Positions 1 to 11,321 of a stretch of 64,000 bases of DNA are shown one piece after another; position 1 is the first letter of the stretch; every line of letters begins with the position of its first letter. A program made the translations under genes and the position numbers. The notes under the pieces were generated by a model. That model was not told the origin of the DNA. It did not search any database and saw nothing but the letters and a program-made list of their open reading frames with translations. Where the stretch lies: assembly GCF_964194025.1 (NCBI RefSeq), contig NC_134478.1:34782001-34846000 (forward strand), read 5' to 3'. The DNA is from Convolutriloba macropyga (taxonomy: Eukaryota).

Positions 1-1488
1 TATCAAAAGTTCCTAGCGTTTTTTCATTGAAAATGATTTTCATATAAATTCTGCAAGAAAATGAGCCGGTTATTCATTGGAATATACAAAACTGGTTATT
101 CATGGGAATATAAGAAACCGCTGGCTATTCACTGGAATCTTTTCTTCAAGGTTTTTTGAGGTTTCATTAACAAAACGTTTGTCAATAAAGTTTTAAAAAG
201 AATTTTGTCCCATTTTATTTATTTATTTTACTGTGCAGCAGTCTTGACTTTTATAAATCATTTTGCTTTTGGCATTTAAGTTGAATGCTAAGATGGCAAT
301 ATTGTTAAGAGGATAAATAAAGTTATTCATGTAGCATTTTTCCACACGGGGCAGTGAAAATGTTTTTTTTGTTCAGAAGTTGCTGAACAGCTCCACTGAA
401 AAGCATGCATTAAATGTAAACCTAATTGAAATCCAAAATCATTTTGTTTTTGTTCAGTTTCCTTACTCTTAGTTTTTTTTATTTTAAGAAGACTGACTTT
501 CATGTCACGAAACGTTTTTCCAACTTCTAATTTGTTTATAATTGCTCTTGCCAATTTATTCTCAATTGGAAGTTCACCAATACTCCAATTTCTCAGAAAG
601 TTAAGACTGATCAATTTAATTGTCAATTGCTCATTTTTGAAGATGTAGTGAAATCAAATTTTGTGAACCTATTGACACTAAAAAACCTCTTCAAGAAATA
701 TTAGGACGAATAAATAGGCTATCCCAAAGCTAACCAAGTTGACTTCTTCGCTCAATATCAACCGTAGTCAGAAGAATCCATTTTTAGTCATATACTATAC
801 TCAAAAACCGGGAGAAAAAAATTAGCCGTCATTTTTTTAAATTAAAAAGGTAACTGTTTCAAGAAAAAAAGAAGACGGCGCCAAAACTTTTTGTCCAAAA
901 TAAGTACGCAACAATTTTTTATATTGTCGATCACATAATGATCAGCCAAATTAGAGAATATTATCCTTTTTGCTTAGTGTTTCCATGATATCCTCGTTCT
1001 TGCCAAGTTCACAATTGATCACGATCTGACGCACTCGGAGATTAATCAGCCATGATCAGACAAAATGTCGTTCAACAACGGATATCCGTTTCTGGATGGC
1101 TTAAAAGCAACCAACATCAGATATAACTTAATCAACTTTAATTTTTTGCATTATTATTTTGAAAAAAATTTTTTAGCACTTTCATCTTTTTCTCTTGAAA
1201 CTTTTAACTTTTTTAATGATTAAGCGACGACTACTTTTCTACCTGCATTTGAGAATTTTTACGACACAAAGGGCAATAGTTAAATAACATTCATAGAGGA
1301 GCGTAAACTTTAACCTGTGTTTGATTAGGGCCTACATTTGCGCACCAAACAACCCTTTTTCTCGTTGCTGAGGTAAAATCAGCCAAAAACTAAACTTTTG
1401 TCTTCTAGACTTATAAGTTTTGTGGATTTTAAACCCACGTGGGGCAGTCTATGGGGCAGTTTTTGTCTCGCCTATGGTGTCTCGCCTG

Positions 1489-2136
1489 TGTGCGCTCAAA
1501 AATGGTCTGCGTCATAAACGATTACCTCAACCTGGCACATTTTCTTTGAGGTGTTAACCACAATATGGCGCATGCCATTACCGCTTTCATTATCGGCCTC
1601 ATGCAGATAATAGAAAACTATAATCAATTAAAACTGCGTTCATAATCCGCAAATATCTCGTTAATGATGAACTGACAAGCAGACTTCGACAAAGGTCCTC
1701 GACCATGCAATCAAAGCGCGTTGTAGTCGCCTCCATTATCTGATAATTACCTGATTACGGATGATAGAGGTGCAAAACAGTCTTTCGGTGGTCAATTCAT
1801 TTCACTTTATAAAGCAACAACGTGTAAGCAACGATCAAGACTTCAAGTGGAACTTAGACGGCAAGGTTTTTTTGATGCTCTTTTACCGGTTTTTTTGTCT
1901 GATGTTATTGACGTCAAAGTAGGTTCGTAATTGTCCAACAATTGTCTAGATAACCTAAAAATCTTAAGCCGAAAACCAGCTTTATCGATACATATCGTGG
2001 TTATATTTACTTAAAATTAGGTTAATTGAACTTTTTCGGAACGCTCTACGTATATTTGAAAGTTTTATGCGCATTTAAATTCAACTTCAAATACTCGAAT
2101 CTGATTGGTTAATTTTCATTCATTTACTACTTAACA
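1489..2136 (-). repeat. 3' LTR of the BEL element
   Basis: On the minus strand begins TGTTAAGTAG at 2136, right after purine-rich GGGCCAGAGGA (PPT-like); homologous to 10021-10662. Distal boundary (~1487-1489) is where homology ends and may be truncated. Confidence 0.9.
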
Positions 2137-3455
2137 TCCTCTGGCCCGGCAGAAGATGTTGGGAAAACTGGTACAAGTTTTACGAGCGGGCGAAGGAGTG
2201 AACCGGTTGACTTACGTAAAACGGCGGAGCGGGCGACATCGGAGTCGCAACGGAGTTCCACAATCCGAGCGATAGGGTAGTAACTCCTAGGGTTGGTTTC
2301 TTCAACTATCCAAACCAAGTCACCGGTCTTAAGGTGTTGCTCGGCAGGCGTCTGCCACATAGAGCGTCGGTTCGGCGTCGGTACGTGCTTTCTGATCCAA
2401 CGGGACCAGATCGCATTAGCGTACGACTGCGCACGGGCGTAACGTTTACGATGATCAAATTCATTATTGCCGACAAGAGACGGAACACCGGAAGAGTATA
2501 CTCCTAAAAGAAAGTGGTTGGGCGTTAAAGCGTTCAAATCGCACGGATCAGCGCTTACGGGTGTTAAAAGACGCGAATTGGGAGCATTCTCCACGAGACA
2601 AAAGGTAGTATGCAGCACCTCATCCGTGAGGCGACGAATGCCAAGAATAGTATACAACACGCGCTTGAAGCTGCGTACCAACCTCTCCCAGATACCACCC
2701 TGATGTGCTACGCTTGGTGGATTGAACCTCCGCATTATACCTTTGTGAGCGATCTCAACTGCAATATTGAGAATGTTCCACTTTTCGACCTCTTCTCGGA
2801 GTTCTTTCTCCGCGCCAATAAAGTTAGTGCCATTTTCCGACCAAATCATGGCAGGTGTAACCCTACGTGACACAAACCGCTCAACTCTCATAACACAAGA
2901 ACTGGTGTCCATGGATGTAACTATCTGGACAGCGCGAGTAGTGAGACAGGTGAAGAGGAAGCCCCAAAATTTCTCATTAGTGCGGCAGACAAAAACATAG
3001 AACGGCCCAAAGTAGTCAACATCGGTGTTCGTGAAGAGAGGACACTGGCAAGCAAGTCTCTCCTTGGGTAAGTCAGAAATGATTGGTTGCATAGTTACAG
3101 CATGGAATTCTCGGCATCATAGGCAGTTTGCTTTGATGGAACGCAAAGATGATCTTAGTTTCGGTACTGTATAGTGTTCCGGCAGAATTGATCTTAGATG
3201 TTCAACACCTTGGTGATAATGCTTTACGTGGGTGTGGTCAAGGAACAGTTTTAAAAACAGAAGACGTGCTTCTAAAACGATTGGGCAGTTTAAGTTAAAC
3301 GCAACTTCCGTTAACCGCTTGATGCGGCCCGAGGATTGGATTAGTCCATTTGGACTAAGGAACAGTGAATCCGGAGCAATTCGGCTGCTCCGTTCAACAG
3401 ATTTTTTGTCAAGAAGATCTCTTCTTTCGGTTTCAAAAGACTCTCCTTGCACCAA
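2127..3455 (-). pseudogene. BEL/Pao integrase region (zinc-binding part frameshifted; core ORF 2127-3092)
   Basis: ORFs 3117-3455 (HTHVKHYHQGVEH...CL) and 2127-3092 (DYFGP, SENGTNFIGA, WERLVRSFK, LTPNHFLLG, RPLVKL). The second catalytic D of the usual SDNG motif reads E. Confidence 0.9.
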
Positions 3456-6314
3456 TTACTGTAGATGGCGCTGGGCTTCGTCAAGCTCATTAGGGTCAGT
3501 AATGCTACCGTCGAGGTTATGTTAGCCGGCATGCTTCGGCAAAAGCCGGAGAACGTATGCGGCAATGCGCAAGTACTTTTGATAAGAACTAAACTTATCA
3601 AACAGAAATATTGAAGGAACGGGAGTTGTCCGTTTTTTGACAGATGTAGCCAGAGATACAGTGTCTTCTATTGTGACTGCTTGGTTGACGCCAATTGTGA
3701 TGTTATTAAGGACGTCTTTGTGCGGTACAAATGGGAAACGTAAATTAGTTAAGAAATGTTGGCCTTTGACCCAACTGCACAGTTGCAAAACTTCAGCGGA
3801 CATTTCACGCGTGCCAGCGTCAGCGGGATTATCCTTAGTTGTGACATGGTTTCACTGGTCAACGCTGGTATAACCCAAAATTTCACAAAGCGGTTTGCAA
3901 AAAAGATTGGTTGCTTTTCATTAGAGTTTATCCAATGAAGAACGTTCGCGCTGTTTGTCCATATGAATATCGGGTAACAGTTACAGTAAGTGCCTGAATA
4001 ATTCAGTTCATCAGCCGAGTGGCAAGTAGAGCTGCTTTCAATTCCAATTTTGGGACAGTCATTACTTTCATTGGCGCCACGCGAACTTCCCCACTACAAA
4101 CGGAAGCTGTGTTTTTACCTTGCCCGTAGGAGTTGTTACTCGGCTCGAAGAAATGCGACTGCACTAAAAATTTTCTGGGAACTGTCATCAAACATATGCA
4201 ATTCTACATTATCAAAGGGTCCAGTAAATTAATTTCGAGAAATTTTGATGTTTTCAAGCTTTGGTTAGTCCGCTCTTCAAACCAAAAATCTTTGAACTTT
4301 GTCTTGCGGGAGCTCATCCTCTCAATTTTTTCCTGTGACACGCCAGATGTCTTAAGAGCAGTCAAGCCCCAACAGTAAACGGTGCGACAAGACCAATAGG
4401 GTCAAAGACTTTCGAGACCAGACTTAGGACCAAGCGCTGAGTGAGTGACTTTGTGATAGCGCACCTGTACCCCTACTCACAACTTAAGTGTCATTAGTGT
4501 AGTCCCACTTTAGCCCAAGCACGTGCGTTGAATCCTCCTAAGATGAAGCAATAAACTTGCGTTCAGTAGATTGAAGAGTAACAGCAATTCAACCAGCCAG
4601 ATTTGGCAAATTGGTTACAAACTTTGTAAGCTTAAGCCCACCGAGACGGAGAACAAGTACCAATTCATTCGATCTATTGATGGCTTTCTCAGGAGACTCC
4701 ACTGAGTCAAGGTAATTGTCCATGTAAAGGTTTTCAAGGACGGCTTTTGCAGCTTTGGGGTAAAACTTTGCGTTCTCTCTCGCAGTGCTTTGTAATGCAT
4801 ATTTGGCGCATGTGGGCGAGTCTTTAGCCCCGAATATATGGCGCTTTTATTGATACACTACAACGTTAGTAATGGGGTCCGCCCGCCACAGAAAGCGAAT
4901 TGATGGTTGGTCTGATGGTAATACACCAACCTGTAGAAACATTCCCTCATTCCCTCGATGTCGGCAGAGACGGCATATGGATGTTGCCGGAAGCGAAGAA
5001 GTACGTGAGTAAGGTTTTGGAGCAGATCAGGTCCAGTGAACGAGGATTTAGTCATTGAGTCACCATGAAATTTTGCTGCTCCACTGAACACCCTAAGCAC
5101 CTTATTCGATTTGTTCGGGTTTAAAACCGGATGGTGGGGTAGATACCACTCTTTATCGGACCGGTTCTCAACCTTGTGAGCCTCCGGAACCTCAATGACA
5201 TACCCCTTAATTCGATCTTCCTTGATTGTACTAGTATACTTCTCCCTAAGTTCTTCATCCTTGGCCAATCGTTTCTCGAGAGACTTTAGCTGCACAAGGG
5301 AAGAGAAGTAATTATTTGCGAGCTTTGTGTTATCTGCTGCCCACAGCATTCCGACATCGTATCTCAGGCCATTGTGAATAGTGGTACTTTCACGGATTTC
5401 GTGAGTCCTTGTGTCTGCTGCAGATCGTGGGTCGACCTGCTTGCTTATCCCAAATAATTCAATGTCGTACCATGACTTAACTTGACTTGCTTACTCATTG
5501 TCATGTTCGATATCACTTTAAAGCACGTTGAGGTTAAACACGAACTTGATGGTAACAGACCGCTTAAAACCCAGCCTATGGGTAAGCGTAGGGCAACGGG
5601 TTTACGCTTCTCATTGGCAGAGAAGTATTCTAATGGGCGGATGGCATCATAGACATCTTGACCGAGTATCATCCCAATGTCTTTATAGATATATGTTACG
5701 GGATCAAGGACTGCTAAGTGTGGATAAGTCTCTTGCAGGGCCTGTACATTTATCATTATATCTGAGCTGACCTTCAGACTCTCCTTAACGAAAGGGTTGA
5801 TGGTAAGTGGTTCGAAATCCTGATGTTCTCTTGTCTTCATAGTATTTTCAACAATCATAGTGTCAACTACTTCTTCGGTATTATTACCCTTGGCAGTCAG
5901 CTTTAGTGCTTTACCGTGCAAACCGAGTCTATATACGAGACTACCGGCCACCCAAAAGTAACTGCAGGCGGTATCACACAAATCTAGAGCCCTGGTATCT
6001 AAAGCGGACGAACTGACCAACTGCAATTCAGTCACCTGAAGGAGCCCCTTAACGTCAGTAACTGATGACATCGTTGTGGTCTTGTTAAACGGCTGTTGAC
6101 TAGTAGTTGCTTTACTTTGACCTGTGTTGCCAGAAGACTGGATATTATTGGGATTTGTTGACTTTTTTGCTGGGAAAACGCTATCTGCTCCAAGCAGTAG
6201 TGTGTTATGCGAACTATTACACCCTTTTGCTCGGCTCTTTCTTGGTTGAGGGCACTGGCGGAATGTGTGCTTGTCCCGTAAGCACGAAATGCAAAGTTTG
6301 TTATCTGCCACCAA
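3456..6314 (-). pseudogene. BEL/Pao protease, reverse transcriptase and RNase H remnants
   Basis: Fragments 5445-6314 (knuckle, protease, LPIGWVLSG), 4858-5349 (RT N-part), 4003-4191 (PKLELKAALLA), 3522-3803 (WVKGQHFL...KFSSYQKYLRIAAYVLR), broken by stops and frameshifts. Confidence 0.9.
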
Positions 6315-8952
6315 CTTAGCTCTCTAGATTGTAGTCTTTTCCTTGAAAACTCGACACTCCCATAGCCGGTAGTTACCTTTGCGTACAATGCAGCGAGAGT
6401 AAGTGTTTACTGAAGAAAATGGAATTTTCTTCTCTGATTGCCCTTGTTGTAAATTTGCTGCAAACATTTTTGAGGCTGTTTTGGTGTTGGTTACTAAAGT
6501 GCTGTTTTCATCAGATTTTGCCGTGGTTGCGCTATGTATCATAAGATAGTGGGCTTCAGCCTTCTCTTTAGGCCTGTCGTTGAAGTCGAGGAGGGTGAGT
6601 TTAACCCAGTGCTTTTTAACCGTAAAGACCGACCATGACTCTTTCATGTTTGGTGGTAACTTCTGTACTGCTTGGTTAAGTAAGGAAGCGCTCTTCAAGT
6701 CAGCATCATATGTCAGTTTATCTGAGTGTGCAATTACGACTGCTTCTGGCCAGCCAAAATTACGTTCTAAAGTCCTTAGTGAATCATATTACATTAAACC
6801 ACAGTAAGCAAACTCGACGATTGCAATCTTTGCTTTACAGGTGACGAGTGTTTTACGGTACGTCAAATTAACGTCATCAGTGAGGGACTGCGAGTCAATC
6901 GAGCTTTTGAATTGACCATACCACTGATGCCACTGTAATGGGTTGCTATTAAATTGTGCAAGTTTCCACTCGGGCAGAGGGTCGTTTTTCTTACTATATC
7001 GCATCAGCTAATTCCCTAATCAATGACGCATTGTCCGGTATTGGAGGGGCAGGTGCAGACACCTGCAGACCACTCCAACTCAACGGAGTGGGCCCAACAT
7101 AAAAATATTTTTGGCTAAAAAACCGGAGTGGCTAGACAAGGTACCACATTACTAGTAGTTGCGACCAGGTTTTCCTGTTGTGCGCCTGATGGTGATTGCA
7201 TATCAATCAAAAGGGTGAATTTTGATATATTCGTAGTAGAACATTAGTGCCTGAGGGTGCGATATGTGCCTGTATATTTGGAGAGACACTATTCACTGTG
7301 GAATTGTCTTGGTTGACTTTTGACGGTCTGTGCTTTGGAAAACGCCAATGACTCATATTCGGCCCGAAATGTTGGTCAAGAGGGATATTGGGAATATTTG
7401 GAACAGGAGGAGCAACGGAACGTACGACTTTGTGTACTTGGTTAGTATCATTTTGAAAAGTGTTGTGAACGGGAGACTGAGTGATCAAAGGCGTGTGTGG
7501 GATGGGATCCGAGAGGATAGGTGCAAATACTGGGTTCGGGATGGGAAGGGCATTAGGACGAGTAGGTTCGAAGTTGTGCTGTTGAGTGTTTGGACTTGGT
7601 GGGGAGCTTGGGTTCACAGGAACATTTGTTAAGGGGGCTGGATTATTTGTTTTCGGAAAAGGGGGAAGAGTGGCGTTTGGGGCTCACGGAACAAAAATAA
7701 TTTGTTGTCGGCAGCATATACGCTGGGTCAAATTGTTCTCAGGCAGACTTGACGTTTCAGGTCCCCTAAATTGTGAAATTTGAAATTGTGCGTGTTGAAA
7801 AAAACTCGGACAAAAAATTTTTGATTAATTTGCTAAGCGAACGACTGTGGTAAAACGGGCTGTTGATTGGGCAGTGAAGAAGCCCCTGGGACTTGTACAG
7901 AAGGCGGGTGACAATCAGCGGTTCCTTGGTTAGTTATGCTCGGATGCGCCGTTCCTTGTTGGCCTGTTTGACTCATATGCGCCCGTAGGTGCGCCTGGCA
8001 CAACGCCTGTGTGTTAGCAGCAGCCAAAAAATTCTCAGGTGGGGTATAATAAGGGTGAGTTGCTGCAAGGTCTAATTGCTTAAAGAGTAATTGCCTCTAC
8101 AATTTTAAGGAACAGAGTGCCTCAAAATTTCAGTGTTGTGATGTTCCACTGTTTCACTGTTGTTGCGTCTAGGGCATTCTGGAAAGTCATTCGTAACCTC
8201 TGGTTCACCAGTTTTATCCTCTTTGTTAAAACTTAAAGCAAGTGAGGTGTTGATCCAGTCTTGGACGGCCTTTTCACTTCTCATTGAGCTCCCAGCACTA
8301 AGCAGTTGTTTCAGAGTGACTACCTTTAGAAACGTCGTCCAACAATTCAAATTCTTGTAGAGTTGCCTCTGCCAACCGTTTCCTGTTGCTTTCCTCCAGT
8401 TCATCTAAATCCATTTGTTTTTTCTGTTTAGCGAAGCGGATGGCTGCCTCATTTTGTTTTGCAATTTCTTCGCGCTTCATTTTAGCGATTACATAATCAT
8501 GTTTACGCTGACTAGATGTTTTTGACGAGGCCATCTTTGAGGGATTTCTAGAACGAAAAGAAGCCCTCGGTTCCTGAAGTTCACTCACTTTATCATCAGC
8601 ACAGTTGATGTTGTTTTGTGCTTAAGTGAGGATCTTGTAGTTCTTTGTTGGCATTGCTTCCAAATAAGACTTTTATGAAGGAACAAGTGCACTTGGATCC
8701 TCCGTTTTTCCAGCAAGTGCAATCAGGGTCTTATTTTTGTCTACAACAGTCATAAAGGTTTCGTTGCAGTTTGTTACTAGGCGTTCAAGTTTCACTCGCC
8801 TACTTTGACTATTTATACAATGAAGGATATCTTCATGTATAGCAGGCAATTCAGCTTCACGCTTTGACCTGGCGGCGTACAACTTTTTGATCAAGACTTT
8901 TATACATCACGAAGTTTTTTTTCCAAAACCCAGCAGAAATACCACCGCACAT
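6315..8952 (-). pseudogene. BEL/Pao gag remnants, including a long Pro/Asn/Gln-rich linker
   Basis: Coiled-coil fragments 8673-8894 and 8298-8588, low-complexity 7207-7617, DUF1759-like 6789-7004 and 6324-6698 (KLPPNMKESW). The 5' boundary is approximate. Confidence 0.8.
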
Positions 8953-9420
8953 GGTTATATTTATATGCACACTCCAAACAAACCAAATCTACGCAAAACA
9001 AACCCAACGCAAAAGACACCAAACACAGTACACTGAGACAGTTTGTAAAAAAAACCGCCCTAAGAGCAGAAAAGATCGTCGAGCACAGTGCCCGACAAAA
9101 CAGAAGTGGAGCGCTGAAAGCTATGCGCTCAACGCGGCAGGAGACGAAGGACAAACGTAGTCGAGCGAGCAACGCGCGGCGAAACGGAAACGTGACAGAC
9201 TGGATGTCGAGCGATTAACGCGCGATGCAACGGAAACGGGACAGACAAGAATTCGAGCGAGTAGTGCGCGACGGAACGGAAACGAAACAGACGGGAAGTC
9301 GAGCGAGAAATGCGTAACGCAACGAAAACTGGACGGTGGCGAAAGAACGGGCGGGAAATGAGCGAGGAGGTTGGAAAAAACTATGTTAGCAGACCAAAGC
9401 AAAAACTCAACCAAACAAAC

Positions 9421-9920
9421 TAGCCGTAACTCCTGAACAAACTTAAGTCACACCCTAGGAAGAAGGAGAGAAGCTACTGCAAGACAAGCTAGCATAAATC
9501 AATATGGGGCTTAATATAACAACAAATGAATTAGAGGCAATGCAATAGTACACTAAAAGGATGAAAAGGTCTAAAAATTTACTAGCCGTAACTCCAGAAT
9601 AAACTTAAGTCACACCCCAGCAATACCCAAACCAAAACAACCAATCAGCATGCTAACAATATTAAACAAGCTACAGATAAATTAAATAAACTACAAACGT
9701 GTATTTATAGATTTTGACCGTTGGAGAAGTCAAGAAACAATCCAGCCGTAACTCGAGAATAAACTTAGGTCACACCCTAGAAAGCAAAAGGAACAAACCA
9801 ACTACCAATCATACAGTTACACACAAACATACAGCAGCAAAAACAATATACTACAACAGGAGGGCTAGTAAATTAGTAAACTTCAAAAAATCAAAAGGCA
9901 ATCCAGCCGTAACTCGCGAA
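9421..9920. repeat. Array of four regularly spaced cores (AGCCGTAACTC...AAACTTA(A/G)GTCACACCC) in the retrotransposon leader
   Basis: AGCCGTAACTC begins at 9422, 9584, 9744 and 9905 (periods 162/160/161). The first three extend to ~37 nt; intervening ~125-nt A-rich spacers are barely alignable. Confidence 0.9.
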
Positions 9921-10020
9921 TCAAGGGGGAGGCTTTGGCTCGACCGTAAAAAACTGGTGCGTTTATGTTTCTCGTTAAGAAAATTCCTCGCCTGTATTTT
10001 TTAACGCACCGTACCTCCTA

Positions 10021-10662
10021 TGTGCGCTCAAAAATGGTCTGCGTCATAAACGATTACCTCAGCCTGGCACATTCTCATTGAGATGTTAACCACAATATGC
10101 CATTACCGCTTTCAGTATCGGCCTCATGCAGATAATAGAGAACTATATTCCATTAAAACCGCGTTCATAATCCGCAAATTTCTCGTTAATGATGAACTGA
10201 CAAGCAGACTTCGACAAAGGTCCTTGACCTTATGCAATCAAAGCGCGTCGTAGTTGCCTCCATTATCTGATAATTACCTGATTACGGATGATAGAGGTGC
10301 AAAACAGTCTTTCGGAGGTCAATTCATTTCAGTTTATAAAGCAACAACGTGTAAGCAACGATCAAGACTTCAAGTGGAACTTAGACGGCAAGGTTTTTTT
10401 GATGCTCTTTTACCGGTTTTTTGTCTGATGTTATTGACGTCAAAATCAGTTCATATTCAATCAACAGTTGTCTAGAAAACCTAATAATTTTCAGCCAAAA
10501 ACCAGCTTAATTGATACACATCAAGGTTATATTTACTTAAAATTAGGTTAAATGAACTTTTTCCGACCTTTCTACGTATATTAGAACGTTTTGTACGCAT
10601 TTAAATTCAAATTCAAATACTCGATTCTGATTGGCTAAAATTCATTCATTTACTACGTAACA
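10021..10662 (-). repeat. 5' LTR of the BEL element
   Basis: On the minus strand begins TGTTACGTAG at 10662; direct repeat of 1489-2136. Confidence 0.9.
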
Positions 10663-11212
10663 ACGGAAGATCAACTGGGTCCTTGTGCCATAGGTTTTGA
10701 AAACAGCGACAACGACGAAAGCTACTTGGTCGTTGCTTTAAAAAAATGTCTTTATTTGACGAGGCTTGAAGGATGCTTTTTTTGTTTGGGAACCACCAAT
10801 ATTACCAATAAAGAAGTTTTTAACTGTGTAGGTCGACATAATCAAAACACAACTTAACGAATCTTTCCCATGTATAAAACGACAGCACTTAAACTTTTAA
10901 ACTTTCCACAGTTTTGGTTTGAAATACCTTGGAATAATGTAACTGGGAATAGCTGCACCTTGAACATCTTATCTTGACTTCTAATTTTTGTCTTTTTCCT
11001 CGGACAAACTTGATTTAAACCTTGAGGGTAATCGAAAAATTGAATAAATTCCCTGATTTGGCACAAAGAACTTCAAATCTAAGCTTAATTTCTAGATAAT
11101 CGGGAAATCTTAGATTTTCAATTCAATCATAATGACCAAGCAAATTCTTCCATGAGATTAAGCGTTTCAGCCGGTTTGTGATAAATGTTTATGCAAATAT
11201 TACTATTCATAC

Positions 11213-11321
11213 CTGATGAGTTTTTGAGGCTTTCGATGGCCTTCTGAGCTCCCAGTCTCATCTGTGCTTTTAACTTGTACTGCTCCTCTAACTGCTCCAG
11301 CCTCATTATGTGGTACTCAAC
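11213..11321 (-). CDS. RIPOR: RIPOR-like coding exon 4
   Basis: Acceptor TTGTTGCTGTAG|, donor CAG|GTATGA; VEYHIMRLEQLEEQYKLKAQMRLGAQKAIESLKNSS. Confidence 0.85.

Larger units (their letters stand above)
1489..10662 (-). mobile_element. BEL/Pao LTR retrotransposon, decayed (many stops and frameshifts)
   Basis: Two ~645-bp direct repeats enclose minus-strand fragments in BEL order: gag (DUF1759-like LPEWKLAQFNSNPLQWHQWYGQF), Cys/His knuckles (CISCLRDKHTFRQC), protease (DTACS), RT (WYLPHHPVLNPNK, AVSADIEGM), RNase H/Peptidase_A17-like (VPKLELKAALLA), integrase (VDYFGPF, WGFLFTCLTTRAV, GGIWERLVRSFK). The ORF ends ...GPEDVK* running into the LTR, typical of BEL. No TSD found. Confidence 0.95.

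Noticed and set aside
327-1100. Next RIPOR exon, or a gene in ORF 327-626
   Set aside because: No FAM65-like motifs or convincing splice sites; possibly decayed transposase, not assignable.
9583-9596. TAGCCGTAACTCCA as a tRNA 3' end (repeated PBS)
   Set aside because: Only one copy ends in CCA, spacing is one base short of a T-arm/acceptor end, and it is not adjacent to the LTR; needs the species tRNA set to test.
9421-9920. True CRISPR array
   Set aside because: Eukaryotic retrotransposon context, no cas genes, ~125-nt spacers with residual mutual similarity; reported as a repeat array instead.
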